A stretch of DNA of 63,999 bases, the filler included, from Sphacelaria rigidula (Eukaryota), in NCBI GenBank assembly GCA_964200075.2. It is 5 parts of 5 records of this genome, joined end to end, with 100 filler letters (N's around TTAATTAATTAA, not from the genome) between each part and the next. Parts side by side here need not be neighbours in the genome. Positions count along the whole stretch, not along the records: positions 38,498 to 51,228 come from CAXNAA020003463.1; 4 more parts are not named here. One strand, given 5' to 3'. Shown here in pieces: positions 39,145 to 51,328 of the stretch. The notes under the pieces are model-generated. The model made no database searches. It was not told where the DNA came from and was given only the letters and a program-made list of their open reading frames with translations. Both the position numbers and the translations under genes were made by a program. Numbering within the stretch: position 1 is the stretch's first letter; every line of letters starts with the position of its first letter.

Positions 39145-42100
39145 AGGAGGTCATAAAACTGTCCGTGGATGTCCCCGCAGATGGTGACGGGGCATCGTAC
39201 GGGCTGCACGTTCGATTCCGAGGATAATATTTCTTGCGCCTGGCGGTCATTGTTCACAGAAGAACGAGGGAAGAGGGGAAAACAAAAAACAAAGAAACAC
39301 GACAAGAGGAAGGATTCAATTTCATCATTATACACGCGGACAACAATGGGTAGCACAATTCATCGCTCGGAAACATACTACGCGTCTTTGTCCAAACTAA
39401 ACAAAACGCCAAGCAGCGGCGAATACGTCCCTGCACTGGAGAACGACCGTTTTCCAACAAAACATACACCCCGGTGGCCCAGCGGGTAGATCTCAATCCT
39501 TTGGGGACCGGACTCCTAGAAACATGGTCTTAACAAGCAGGGGTCTTTGTGTGAATTGGCATCATTTCAAGGGTTGGACGAATTAATGATTCGTCCGGAA
39601 GTCGCTTGATTTTAGTATAATTGATTCGTACCGTACGAATTGACGAATCCTTAGGCTTTGTTTCAGCGTTGCAACCCGGGTACGCGCAGTCCAGGGACGT
39701 GGAATGGCGCAAAAGTTGCGTGGAGACCTGCTTGACCAGCGGTCGACTTTTCTTCTCTTTTTCGAGCCATCAGGCCTAACAAGTCGTGGATTCGGTGATT
39801 CGGACCGGCAATGATTCGTCCTAACCGTGCATCATTTTTACGTGAAAACGACTGAAAATGATGCAGATCCACAAAAAGGCTCTTCCATGCGAACACCATA
39901 TTTCTGGGAGTCCCCCCTCGAAAGGGTTGTACAACCCGTTGACCGTGAGGGTAAGTCACCTGCTCAATTGGCACCAATTTCACTCCGAAAAAATATGCGT
40001 GATCCAGATGAACTATACCCGCACCGCGGTCTGAGGGTCAAGTCCCTTCAAGCCCACAGATTTGCAGGTTGGTATCCTGACATGAGAGATGTAGATCTCG
40101 GCATACGACACGCGGTTTCCGCCGTTGAAAGCGAGTCAAAGCGTGAATAACGAAGAAAATTTCGCGAGAGGAGACTACAGGAGTGGTAATAGTCATTATC
40201 CGATCCACGATAACATATGTACCGGGGGGAGGGGGTGGGGGAGATATGCATTGATACTTCAAGACCACGGACTAGCTTGCTCGTCCTGATGAACGAAAGT
40301 GGCATTAACCCTTTCGGAACCCATTGACGAGTCTTGTTCTTGTGAATCGGTATCATTTTCAGTCATTTTCAAGTCAAAATGATGCCGACTCACAACTAAA
40401 AAATCGTCAGTGGGTTTCGAAAGGGTTGACGTATAAGCAGTGTAGAAGTATGTCTGTAAACAACACAAGGGTGTGTTGGGCAGGGTAAAGGCAAGGGTAT
40501 ATATCAGTTTGTGGTGCGGCGGTTCGATCTCCACTATCTCCCCAAATACTGGGGAGAGATAGGTACGGTCGCAATACTCTCCTCCTCAATTTTCCGGTGT
40601 TGTTGAGTAAGACTTCAATATTTCAATACTCTACCCCGACTTCGGGTGCTTCGAGTTTGGTTTCTTCAAAATACCCAGATGTAGGAAATACAATACCCAG
40701 CACACCCATGGAAAACGAGACAAAAATAGTGTATGCTCATGTTGACGTATCCGCACACGTTCGTCCCGGTAGAGTTTGCCGGCGTTGGGCAACAAATGTC
40801 CATGGTTGATTATTACCTGATTTGAGTTTTAATCTAGATCTATTTCGTTTCTTTGGTAATGTTTGACTTTCTCATACCTTATTATAAGTAGCTAGCCTGT
40901 GACCACGGAAGGCGTCCGCATCAGATGCCCAGTACGAATGTACCGCGCAGATATCGGAATGCTTTTTATGTGAACACAACAACAACAACAACAACAACAG
41001 TATGTGCAACGAGAATCTGATCTTTGGTAGGGCTGATAGTCCTGTGTGCACCTCGCGTGCGCAGAACGCGTTTTCCACGGGCGCCGATTTGATATCTACC
41101 AAGGCCGCACTTTGCCTAGGGAGTGTCTGTAATGCCCTTGCCCGAGGCTTTTCGGTGTGCGTTGAATTGGGGTTAGGGTTAGGGGTAGCGATACTTGTGA
41201 AGTTGTGTCAGCCACGGACATTTGTAGCCCAGCGCCGGTGAATTAGCCTCATGCACTCAGAGAAAACTTCGCGAGGCGATATAGACATGCACTGCTGGAA
41301 TGCTGTCGAGGACTTGGCGGCTTGGTTTGTACCATCTATTACAACAAGTGACCGTGAAAGTACGGCGCTTGGAGTGCAGAGCTGCTACGTTGACATTTGG
41401 TTCGCCCTCCGCCACGAAACATAGGTACACATGCAGTCACCAGTCTGCAAGTTTCATGTTTCGACAGAAGCACAACTCGTATGCAACATCCACCCTGACT
41501 CGCTGAATTTTCTCCATTTCCACGGTCATGTTTGGCCACCTTCGGGTCTTGAAAGTGGCTTTATTTCTGGCTTCGTGCGTCGAGTAGGAGCGTTGGGTTC
41601 CCATCTCCACTAGTCCAAATGGTCGCTCGCGGCACCTCATATCTCACGGGATCATTTCGCCACTACTCTTACTTGTTAGCGTTGTCCGAGTTGATTTTTT
41701 GGGGTCCGTCTTTATTTTTATCGCATTCCTTCAACGTCATCTTGGGGTAGTCAGCCTGTGACCAAGGCAGGCGTCTGCATCAAATGCCCAATAAGTAAGT
41801 TAGAAGTACCGCGCAGATATCGGAACGGTTATAAATATGAAACAACAATATCAACAACAATATCGGAGCATATACACCCTGGCAGCGTTGCGTTGCGTTG
41901 CGTGTTTCAGCGCGAAGAAACGAATAAAAGCATACTTGACTCGAGTTTTGTATGGCGATGTTAAACCAGTGCGGGAGTGCTGACTCAGCCCGCGATGCTA
42001 AAATGCAAGGCGTGCGCCGGAGAAAGTGATGGGTTGATCCCTTGAGACAACGGACTCGTCCCCAGGATGATGAAGGATTCAATATGGGACAAGAAGGAGA

Positions 42101-45100
42101 CAAAGCGAAATATGCATGATGGGTGCCTCTGCTGCTACAAAGTACGCAAGCATTCAATATTGTACGTCTGTGTTTTCGCAGCCTTGATACTTCAAGAGCA
42201 CCGCTGGCAAAACTGGAGTTTGTCATGTTGCGCTGAGTGTATAAAGATAATCTAAACGGCTTACATTGTTATGTACTGTACTCAAGTATAACTATAGAGA
42301 AAATTGTGTTTCACGTCAGGCGGTGTGTTTTTTTTCTCTCTTCCTGCGACGCAATGTATACTTTCGAAAATTCAAGGGAAATCAAAAAAGATACGAATCG
42401 TTTATAAACTGCCCCGACATCCCAAAAAATAAATTCCAAATTTGACCCCAAGAATGTGAAATCAAGTACACCAGGTGAAGCTTGGGTGAAGTGGTAATAA
42501 ACTCACAATGAAATTAAGAAAAAAAAAACTGTTTTTTTTCTTTTCTTTCTTCCTCGCACAGTACCTTATTATAGGTAGCCAGCCTGTGACCACGGAAGGC
42601 GTCCGCATCAGATGCCCAGTACGAATGTACCGCACACATATCGGAACGGTTCTTAATGGGAAGACAACAACAACAACAACCACCACAATGGAAAGTCGAG
42701 TGGTCATGACACTACATAGCGCATTTTCCTCTGATTTCCGGCTTTGAAAGCGCATGAAGGGAAAATGGCAGAAAATAGTATTTTGAGTGAGTTTGTTTGA
42801 AGACAGTTGACGCGGTGAGGGGATGATGGTCATGATCCACTCCGCGAGACCAAAATGCAAGGCGTGTACTGTACGGGGGGAAAGATGGTCCCCTGAAACC
42901 ATGGACTCGTCCGGAGGAGCGGGCGGCGGAGTCAATAAAAGTGTGACGGCAACAAAAAAAAATGTAGGCCACAAAATACAGTGTGTATATCAGCGGCAAA
43001 AGGAAGCACCAGTACAAAAAAATCGGCGAGCCATCGCTCTCCACCACACACGCTCCACGCTAGTTGTATCTCTTCCCGGTAGTGCTCCACTGTACAACAG
43101 TGCGCGGGCACTCTCGACAATTCAGGAAGGGACAGACAGATTGCGTTAGACTGAACAGAGAGCAAAACGTACCTTTGATGTGCGTATGTGTGCGTGTGTA
43201 AGGGTGCTCGAAGGGTCTAGTGATCGCCACAGTACAGTCCAGGGTCAAAGATACAGCTTGACTGCGAGGTAGGCGACGCAAATATCACCCCCTGGAAAAC
43301 GGCAGTACATGACATAATGAATAGCAACAAGTGTACTGCGTAGAGTTTCAAACACTCTGCTCTGTGCAACAGACGCATTATTCGATACGGTACGCAGCAC
43401 ACTTGTTGCCAATCTAACCTATCGCCATCCAGAGTGTGGAAGATACGCGATCTGTACCCGAACATAGTTCACCAAACGACCAGTCAGAAAGATTCAAGTG
43501 GTTAGTTTTCTCCCCTACGGGCTCGCCGCCCAAACTGGATTTTTTCCCGGGAAACACGCATTATGACCTAGAAAGCACATCAGTGGAACTGAGAAACCTT
43601 CCCCCCTCAAAAAATATCCCCCCTCCCCTTCTCTTCCCAAGCCCCGGGACTGTCGGCGGGCGATACTGTTCCCAGTCGAAGATCGCCGTCAGACGGTTGA
43701 AGGTTGAAGGTATTGGCCTGAATTTGACAGTTAGTTTTGCAACAATCGCTGCCTTGATGACCTAGTTGGGGTGAGAGGAATCAACAGCTCGCCATCGCTA
43801 TGCGCATACCATGTCTATGCAGTCCTTCAAGGCACCGCGTTTCAACGAAGCAGTGTTGGGGGTTGAGTAATAATCGGAACGATTCCCCCCCCCCCGTTTC
43901 AGCCCTTTGAGCGCCAGATTTCGGTTCAGAAGGATATCACAAGCTGACGTTCACTGCCGACACTCACTACCCATGTAGCTGAGCAGCCCCTGTCTGTCTG
44001 CAACTATCATCCCCAATGATGTGACCCCGGGTGTTCGATTGTCCCTCAACCCGTGAATGACATGTATTGCCAAGGCAGTTAGTTGATTCGTCCATTGATT
44101 ACTTGATTATCGCAGTCATCATCTACTGGGCATCTCCCGACAATATCTTGGTGGTTAATGACAACATATACACTGGCAAAAAGTGTCCTGCACATAGCAT
44201 TAATGTTTTCTCCTATATTGCGATAGACAATACATTGCTATTTAGACAGTAGATTCGATACCGTACGCGGAACATCTTCGGCGATGTAAATCTATCCATT
44301 GCCCCCGTGCCTTGACGTCCATACTGGTTGTGGTGGTGGTTGGGGGGGTGGGGGTGTACTCATGATCTTGCATGCCGCTGTCATATGACCATTGACCTCG
44401 CAATCCTTCAAAGCCGGTAATCAACTACCACGCGCGAAGCGCCGTGATGTGTTCCATGAATCGCATGAAGGGTGAGCTGCATCGCGCTCAAGGTTGTTCG
44501 ACCAGAAGCGTGCTGAATATCTTGCATATGGATTTACTGCCTACAACGAATCAGTACCGGGGGGGCATGGGTTTTGCCTCAGACCGTCTGCGCCAGCAAC
44601 ATGCACATTCTGGTGCTGGGGTAAAGAGTGTACTGTGTGTCTAGAGCCGAAGCTCATGGGAGTTGGTCGGCGCGTGTACTGCGCCAAGTTGACGGTGAAG
44701 TTTCGTGGGTTTAACCCTCACACCGCCATGAGCAAAACTTTCCCAATACGAGAGGCGCCTACCCCACCACATGACTACCGCGAGGCGGTCTAGCCGAGCC
44801 TCGGGGTAATCGGAACACGAACCCGTTTGTGGGGTGGGATAAGTGCTGGGTGAGGTTTTGTCCTTCCTTCAAGGAAAAAAAAAGAAGAGATATAAGAGTG
44901 AACCGTGTGCGTTGCTGTTCAGCAGCCCAGCCAGATAGACAGAATATGAAAAAGGCGTTTGTCCCCTACTCCTCTTCCATTCTCCCGCAGTCCAAGGATG
45001 GTCGAGATTAGCCTCAAATACTCGATATCCTGGCTAATTGTACGCATCAAGTAGGGAGGCTGGCGGTCGCCTCGGTCGTGCTGAGGATGATTTCCTCTGG

Positions 45101-48100
45101 CCGTACGCACTGCCTGTACCGCACTGTATCGTACCACCTGATGCACCTTCACCCGTCCGAATTCAGGCGTATGATTTCGACCCCCAACTTTTTGACCGTG
45201 GATTATTTTTTTCAAGGTGATATTTAAGCTGATTGAACAGACACACCTGTGCTGGAGGTCGAAGGGTTCAAGTTGTTGTGCTTTCTTCGGAGGCGGCTAT
45301 GCATTATAAAAGAGTGCTTTTCACATTGCCACCCAGGTTTTTAATGTGAAGACAACGACAACAACAACAACAACAACAACAACAACATCCTGATGCCCAC
45401 GCAGACGACCTTCGTGAAGAACGACGATTTCGACCATGAAGGGTGAAACTGCCGTTCACCCCTCATCTACAGGTATCCACTGAGGGCGTGTCTCAGCACT
45501 TTTTCTTTCGATCGAAAAAGTGCAGTGGGAAACAAAATCCTGATCTGATGGGTCGTAATTTCAACCATCGTCGTTTGTTCTGAAGATGGTTGAAATCATG
45601 ACCTATCAGATCGGGATCTTTGTTTTCCACCCCACATTTTTGATCGAAAAAAAAGTGTCAAAACAGGCCCTGAACCGAACTCGCGTATTGAACATCACCT
45701 TGGGTACGGAGAACGAAGACGCCGTGACCTCTGTAGAGCGAATTACACCTCTAGTTCGTACAAGCTTTCGATCGAACTCATGCACATCATCGAGCCCATA
45801 GAGTTGAGATACTTCCCCCACCACCCTCCCAAGATCCTAGTTGTTGAATTGACTCATCATAATCGCGAGTAACCGAATGGTGGTGAGGTAGCTCTCACGT
45901 CAAGTGAAGCTACATTTACTGAAACATGACATCCGTCAGTAACCACCGTACCGTACTGCAGAAAGAGTGTGGGGAGTTTTCTGGTGCCACATGGATGGGA
46001 GTCACTGACTGGAGATGGGTAACCAACATAGTGATAGCTGATCTACCTGACTTGAGTATAATTCAAGAATATATGACTCGAGTTTAGTATGTACCGATCA
46101 ACTACTAGGATATAGTACAGTCACTGTCAATCGGAAAGGGGCGGGTTGATCCCTCGAGACCACGGACTCGTTCCGATGAAAGGAGGGGTTGAAGTTAAAA
46201 GCCTGGCTTAGAAAAACGAAAGAGAACAAAATATGGGCCCAACTTTGGCGCTCGCGTGGTTACTTTCTCGATTACGGTACGTGGCATTTTCATGTTCCTT
46301 GTGAGTATTCGGGTATTTGATGTTAGGAACAGTATATATGGGGTTGGTGCCGCACAAATAAAGTGTAGGCAGGCGATTGGAACATGGCAACTTGGAAACA
46401 CGATAGTGGAAGGCGTGTTCGATCAAGCAAGAGAAGGAGGGCACACTTCCTCACGTTGTGTCGTGTAGTCTTGCCTTGCCGAGCATCGTCCTGTCTTGTT
46501 CCGCACGCCGACTTGTCTAGTCTCCCCATAATATTTGAAATTTGTTGGCCTCTTGCGGCTCGAGTGCCACGTGTAACGGACGATTTTCTCAACCCTTTGA
46601 CGGCGACAGTAGGCCAGATGTTGAATCAGCCAATTTTACTTGAAAAAAGTATGCATGATCCAGATGGACAACCCTCGCGGTCCACGACATAATCTTGTTT
46701 GTTCTTTCGGTCGTGCGTATGTTTTATGTGTATTTTCTTTTCCGCTGACGTGTTTGACGACCCCCCCCCATGCGGGGCGCTGTCTTGTCATATTCGTGGA
46801 CATTTTTCTCTCTTGTGATCATGTCTTCACGAGAAGGGGTAATGTGAGAAACAACAACCTGGAAAGTTATGGTCTACAACAGCTATTGTAATATGAGCTC
46901 TGGAGTCTCATTTGGGACACGAATATATTACGCCAGTGCCAGCTACTGCGATCCACGACTTGAGCCAATCAGATGAGGGTATATGGAGAACAATATGACG
47001 ATCCCGAGTCGAAGCTATACCTGTTTCGGTCCAAAAGTGGGCAGGTTAAACGATCGTGTCGTTCTACTTTACTAAAACTACGGTTCAGCATCGACCATAT
47101 TCGCAGCAACTGAGCCCATCGTGTGAGTAACAGGCGGGTGTCGATTTCCCCCGCAAGCTTCAAGTTTCCACTCTTGCCATGCCCGTTCGATCGAGGTGCT
47201 CCGTATATGTCGCGCTTGCAGATACAGGGAGTACAAACAATGTATGACAAGCGTTCAGTAACTCGCGGGACAAGTCAGCCAGTACAGACGAAAGACTGCA
47301 CTACAGACAACGGCAGTAGTGCCGTGCTGTTTACACGCGATGCACTTGCTCAATACAATCGCTCTTTCAGAGATATTTCCACGCGCGATGAACAGTCGAA
47401 TATTCCACATCTTGAACCAGCGAATGCATGTTACTGGCTCGTGCCCTACTCTTCCACAGGGTCGCGGCAGCCAGCTATAGAAAGGAATCAGGAATGGGGG
47501 TGATGGAATACCACGTTGCACTCTGAATGTACTGTTCGGGGGTACCGTTTACGAAACGCTGCGTCTGCCGCCGGTGCCATACGGTGCGGTAAGGTGCAAC
47601 ATGGTAGCACAGCGTATTATTGGCGGACAAAACAACCCAGACAATAGCAGCGCATGTATCGTCCCTTCGGCGAAGTGGCAAAGCTCAAGTGTGCAAGCTA
47701 AACAAGCTTCCAACGCTCGCCCGAGGCTTGAGACCCTTTCGAATCTCAGTACAAGTCCGTCATATCAAATGGCAGATGAGAGAGCGAGGTGACAACGCAG
47801 GTTACCCCCGGCCTTGTTGCCCACCAGCCGAGAAGAATGGGACGCAATACGTGTAAACACGGGCAACTATGGGACCCTGCGTGCGCGCTTTGCCGTGTGT
47901 GCCCGTCTGTTGCTACTACTGTACTGTAGGTGGTGTAAGTGTGTACGGTCCCGTAGAGGCGTCTGCATTCCTTCAAAAGTAAACGGAGACACGCAAAGCG
48001 GGTTGTTCCATAATTGTACCAAGTAAAGTGAAAGTTAATGCCAGCCCGTACAACAGACAGTACAAGTACAGCGTACGGCATACCCCCAGACCCCCGGAAC

Positions 48101-48292
48101 ACGCACACAACAAATGCACACGTCCGACGACAGCTCACGACTACACATATGTACCACGGTTCAATTTTTGCGTTACAATTGTATCACCATGCTCAGCTCG
48201 TTACGTATCTTCACCTTTTTGCACAGGTTCAAGATGTCCTTCTCCGGCAATATGCCCCCAGTTCTCAACACATCGATCTGCTTGTCCAGCAT
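39145..48292 (-). CDS. Ser/Thr protein phosphatase, PPP family (PP2A/PP4/PP6 subgroup) catalytic subunit, exons 1-2; remainder not in contig
   Basis: Exon 1 48292-48215 [26 protein letters not shown]; exon 2 39239-39145 [31 protein letters not shown], with the invariant GDxHGQ motif. Phase-0 GT..AG intron of ~9 kb. Confidence 0.92.
40309..40425. mobile_element. piggyBac-like palindromic MITE
   Basis: TTAA|CCCTTTCGGAACCCATTGACGA.. / ..TCGTCAGTGGGTTTCGAAAGGG|TTGA. Nearly the whole element is a hairpin. Confidence 0.75.
40875..41000 (+). mobile_element. (CAA)n-tailed retroposon 3' end
   Basis: AGCCTGTGACCACGGAAGGCGTCCGCATCAGATGCCCAGTACGAATGTACCGC.. followed by (CAA)n. Copies at 41747-41870 and 42562-42685, and a tail-only copy at ~45335-45388. 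Confidence 0.75.
41017..41290. mobile_element. Inverted copy of the telomere-repeat-containing MITE
   Basis: Aligns along its length to the reverse complement of 29229-29530. Contains GGGTTAGGGTTAGGG. Confidence 0.75.
41747..41870 (+). mobile_element. (CAA)n-tailed retroposon, diverged copy
   Basis: Homologous to 40875-41000. Confidence 0.65.
41965..42090 (+). mobile_element. 3' fragment of the tRNA-derived SINE family
   Basis: AAAATGCAAGGCGTG..GATGGGTTGATCCCTTGAGACAACGGACTCGTCCC. Similar fragments at 42790-42920 and 46140-46195. Confidence 0.7.
42562..42685 (+). mobile_element. (CAA)n-tailed retroposon copy
   Basis: Near-identical to 40875-41000. Confidence 0.75.
44342..44417 (-). mobile_element. 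Diverged poly(C)-tailed retroposon copy
   Basis: Minus strand GAAGGATTGCGAGGTCAATGGTCATATGAC..ATGAGTACACCCCCACCCCCC. Confidence 0.6.
45484..45670. mobile_element. Tourist/PIF-Harbinger-like palindromic MITE with 3-bp TSD
   Basis: TGA|GGGCGTGT.. / ..ACAGGCCC|TGA, with long internal arms (TTTCGATCGAAAAAGTG..CTGATCTGATGGGTCGTAATTTCAACCATC mirrored). Related ends at ~55418 and ~57131. Confidence 0.8.
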
Positions 48293-49335
48293 GGCGAATT
48301 CTCCGCTGCCATTCATGGCTCGTCCGTTCTCTGGTTCAAACAAAACTTTGATCCCGCCCAAAAAAACGCGCACTGCGCAGTGAAGTTTTCCCTGTGCTCC
48401 ACTGAGCACAAACAAGATATTGGTATCTGCTCAAGCGCGACAGGAAATCTGCGATCAAACGCTCCCTCCGCTGTGGCTAGCACCAACTCCGAGCGGTTAT
48501 CCCTTTCCCTGCTCTGCAACTGGCTAGAGCCACCACCACAACCTCTTGGGCAGCACGGTGTGATTTCCCTGGAGGGTGTTGCGTGCCCTTCTGGTCCCTC
48601 TCGCTCCGCGCAGATGCAACCAGCCCCCTCGTCCCAAATGCTTTCAAATTCGGTACAAGAGATAATTCAGTATGTCCTACGGCTGGTGGATAGCAGGCAG
48701 AATTGTGCTGCCAATGCGTCGTTTCGATACCTCTTGGTGTTTGCGGCTGTTGACAGGCAAAACTCGCTCGGCGTATGCACCCATCAGGAAAAAGGATGCA
48801 CCCCCTTTAGATTGTGGTCATCTTCTATTTTGTATGGTCATTTTCCATTTTCTGCCGAGACGTTATTTGGTCCACATTCAAACCCCGGTTTATTCACCCC
48901 AGCTCAGTCTGGTCGGCGAACACAGACCCACCCCAACCCCTGAACGAAGGAGCTTCAAGTACCGCATGTTGATGCCCGTGTCTGCATCATTGCGTGCGTG
49001 AACTCAAATCCGTAGCGACGGCGGTTTAAATGAGCACAGCATCGTTCTCATCCTGAGTTTTCGCTACTTTAAATACGATAGAACCTGACAACTTGTGAAT
49101 CATCATGATCAGCGAGCACTGCAACGGTATCACGAGCACTCGGAAACCCTCGCGGATCAGCGACAGTCGACGAACCCTCTCGCGCAACAACGATCACGGG
49201 AAGCTGCAGACCTTTCGAACAGGAACGATTAACAAGGGCGGAGGCAGTAAATACAGAAGAATACCATCGGCGACGGCGTCCGGGGATAGCACGCTACTGT
49301 TTGTGTCGCCTGAGCTCTGTGACTTCTGTTGTTTG

Positions 49336-50606
49336 ATGGCGAGGATGCCGAGGGAACAGCGGTGGCTATTGGCGACGATGGTTGCCATCCCTGTTGTGGT
49401 TCTTCTTGTCGTGACTGGCGGTGGCCTACGGCTCGGGGGAGTCTTGGCTCTGCTGGGTGGACGGGGGTTGGGAGATTCAAGCGCGGAGGCGAGAGCAGGC
49501 GATGCGGGTTCTTTCATCGCTGCGCCGGGAAAGGTGCGTGAAAAACGCGGAGAGTTTGCGTAGCCACCGCTAGAGGTAGGCAGATCAGGGTGGGCCCCCC
49601 AGGAATGCCTTAGCTGATCATGGAGAAGGGGGAAATGTCGAAACAGTTGTTGGCTAGAGCACTATTGGCTGATTTAGAGGGCCGGAAGTAGGGGCAAATG
49701 AGGCTCGATAATTAGCCTCTCCGCTGAGATGGAGTTGCCGACGAATTCGCCCAAATCTGTCCTCGACCATCATTAACCCGTTGTTCTTTTATACGAGTAT
49801 GTTTATGGAGTTGCCCCACTTTGGGATAGCAGTGGCATGACATAATCAAAATTCGTTCCACTTGTCCAAAAAAACATGATGTACTGTTATTGTGAAGACA
49901 AATAGAGACACATCCCTGTCAAACAGATTGTTGTACGCTTTGTTATCTTCAGGCCAAACGTGAGGCAAGGGATTGACGCTTGCCGATTCGGGCAGCAAAC
50001 ACCCCAGCTATGCACCCTGGCAAGCGCTTGAAACTATCAGCCCCCCAAATATTACTGGAGCATATACCCGCACGCCCTGAGTACGTTTCACCTGTGGGTT
50101 TTCGGCAACGGCTTGGCCTAAACCTTGTTGTTGTTGTTGTGGTTGCCTAAACCTGCACCTAGATATATGCCTCTTTACACTCGGACCGTTGAGATTGTGT
50201 CTGTTTGGGTGCAATTGCCCGATGGCAGAAGCATGTAAGGCGTGCATGTGTACATATAAGATGGGCCATACTATTTTTCTCGACACACGGAACGCAGCTG
50301 GGCACAGCTTTCCTCGTAACCAACTCACTCTAATCAATATAACAAGTGCGATAGGCAAATGTTGCTGTGGAGACGGTACTAACAGACAGCACAGCCCGGT
50401 GGAAACCTTGCTGCTCCCCACGAGCTCTAGTGCACCGACTGTACTCCACCGGACTCATGCCTGTACATTGGTGTACATGAACAGGAGGGACCCGAAGCAT
50501 GATGATCGGAACAAGACTTTTGAGACACAAGATACCGAAAAAGTACATCCACGCACATGGGAGGAAATGGGAATCCAGATTCCGCACATTTTTTTAAAAC
50601 TTCGCG
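49336..50606 (+). CDS. Type II membrane protein gene, 5' exons (possibly pseudogenised; truncated by contig end)
   Basis: Exon 49336-49533 MARMPREQRWLLATMVAIPVVVLLVV.. (signal anchor) ends AAG|GTGCGT. Phase-compatible exons 49953-50080 and 50485-50606 follow, but exon 2 has an in-frame TGA at 49974. Confidence 0.5.
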
Positions 50607-50869
50607 GTGCAATGGTTTGCCCGTTTTGTAGGCACACATTATTATCGGTACTCGCTCGTTTCGTACTTTTACGTTCACTTTTCACCATTGAGTCAATTGC
50701 TCAATGAGGTTCATGGTTGTTGTTGTCGCTGCGAGTGTGTGCAGAGTTGTTGCGAAAGCGTAAACCGTATGCGGTTCAGTGCCGACGGAGTACTTGGTAC
50801 ATCTGTCGTGTCACGAACCGGCTGTAGCTTCACGTGCAAGACGCTACTGGTGTACTTTTTTTTTTCCCC

Positions 50870-51151
50870 TCACACTTTGAACCCTTCTCCTTTCTCGGGA
50901 TGAGTCCGTGGTCTCAAGGGATCAACCCATCTATTCCTCGGTACGCGCCTTTCATTTTTGTCTCGCGGATTGGGTCAGCACTTCCGCACCGCGTCAACTC
51001 ACGTCACACAAACCCAGTCGACTACTACACGCTCTCACGCTTTCCACGGTGGGAATCATACATCATGAAGAAAAACCCAACATATCGGGAATCGAACCCC
51101 CGTTCTCTCCACCCTAATGGCGACAGTCGGACCATTACACCACCAGCGCGC
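50870..51151 (-). mobile_element. tRNA-derived SINE, full-length copy
   Basis: Minus strand GCGCGCTGGTGGTGTAATGGTCC..CCATTAGGGTGG..GGTTCGATTCCC (A and B boxes), with body homologous to 29616-30025. Confidence 0.8.
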
Positions 51152-51228
51152 GGCGTACTAGCTGCGCGAAAACTCCGGCGGAGATTACTTCGCATGAAAG
51201 ATGCATTTATTTTTTATTATTATTATTA

Positions 51229-51328
51229 NNNNNNNNNNNNNNNNNNNNNNNNNNNNNNNNNNNNNNNNNNNNTTAATTAATTAANNNNNNNNNNNNNNNN
51301 NNNNNNNNNNNNNNNNNNNNNNNNNNNN
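51229..51328. other. Artificial contig spacer
   Basis: N44-TTAATTAATTAA-N44. Confidence 0.98.

Noticed and set aside
40286..40300. Hammerhead-like core CTGATGA-AC-GAAA
   Set aside because: No stem II and no flanking stems I or III can be formed.
48038..48943. 301-aa + strand ORF
   Set aside because: Overlaps phosphatase exon 1 and its promoter on the opposite strand, with no motif.
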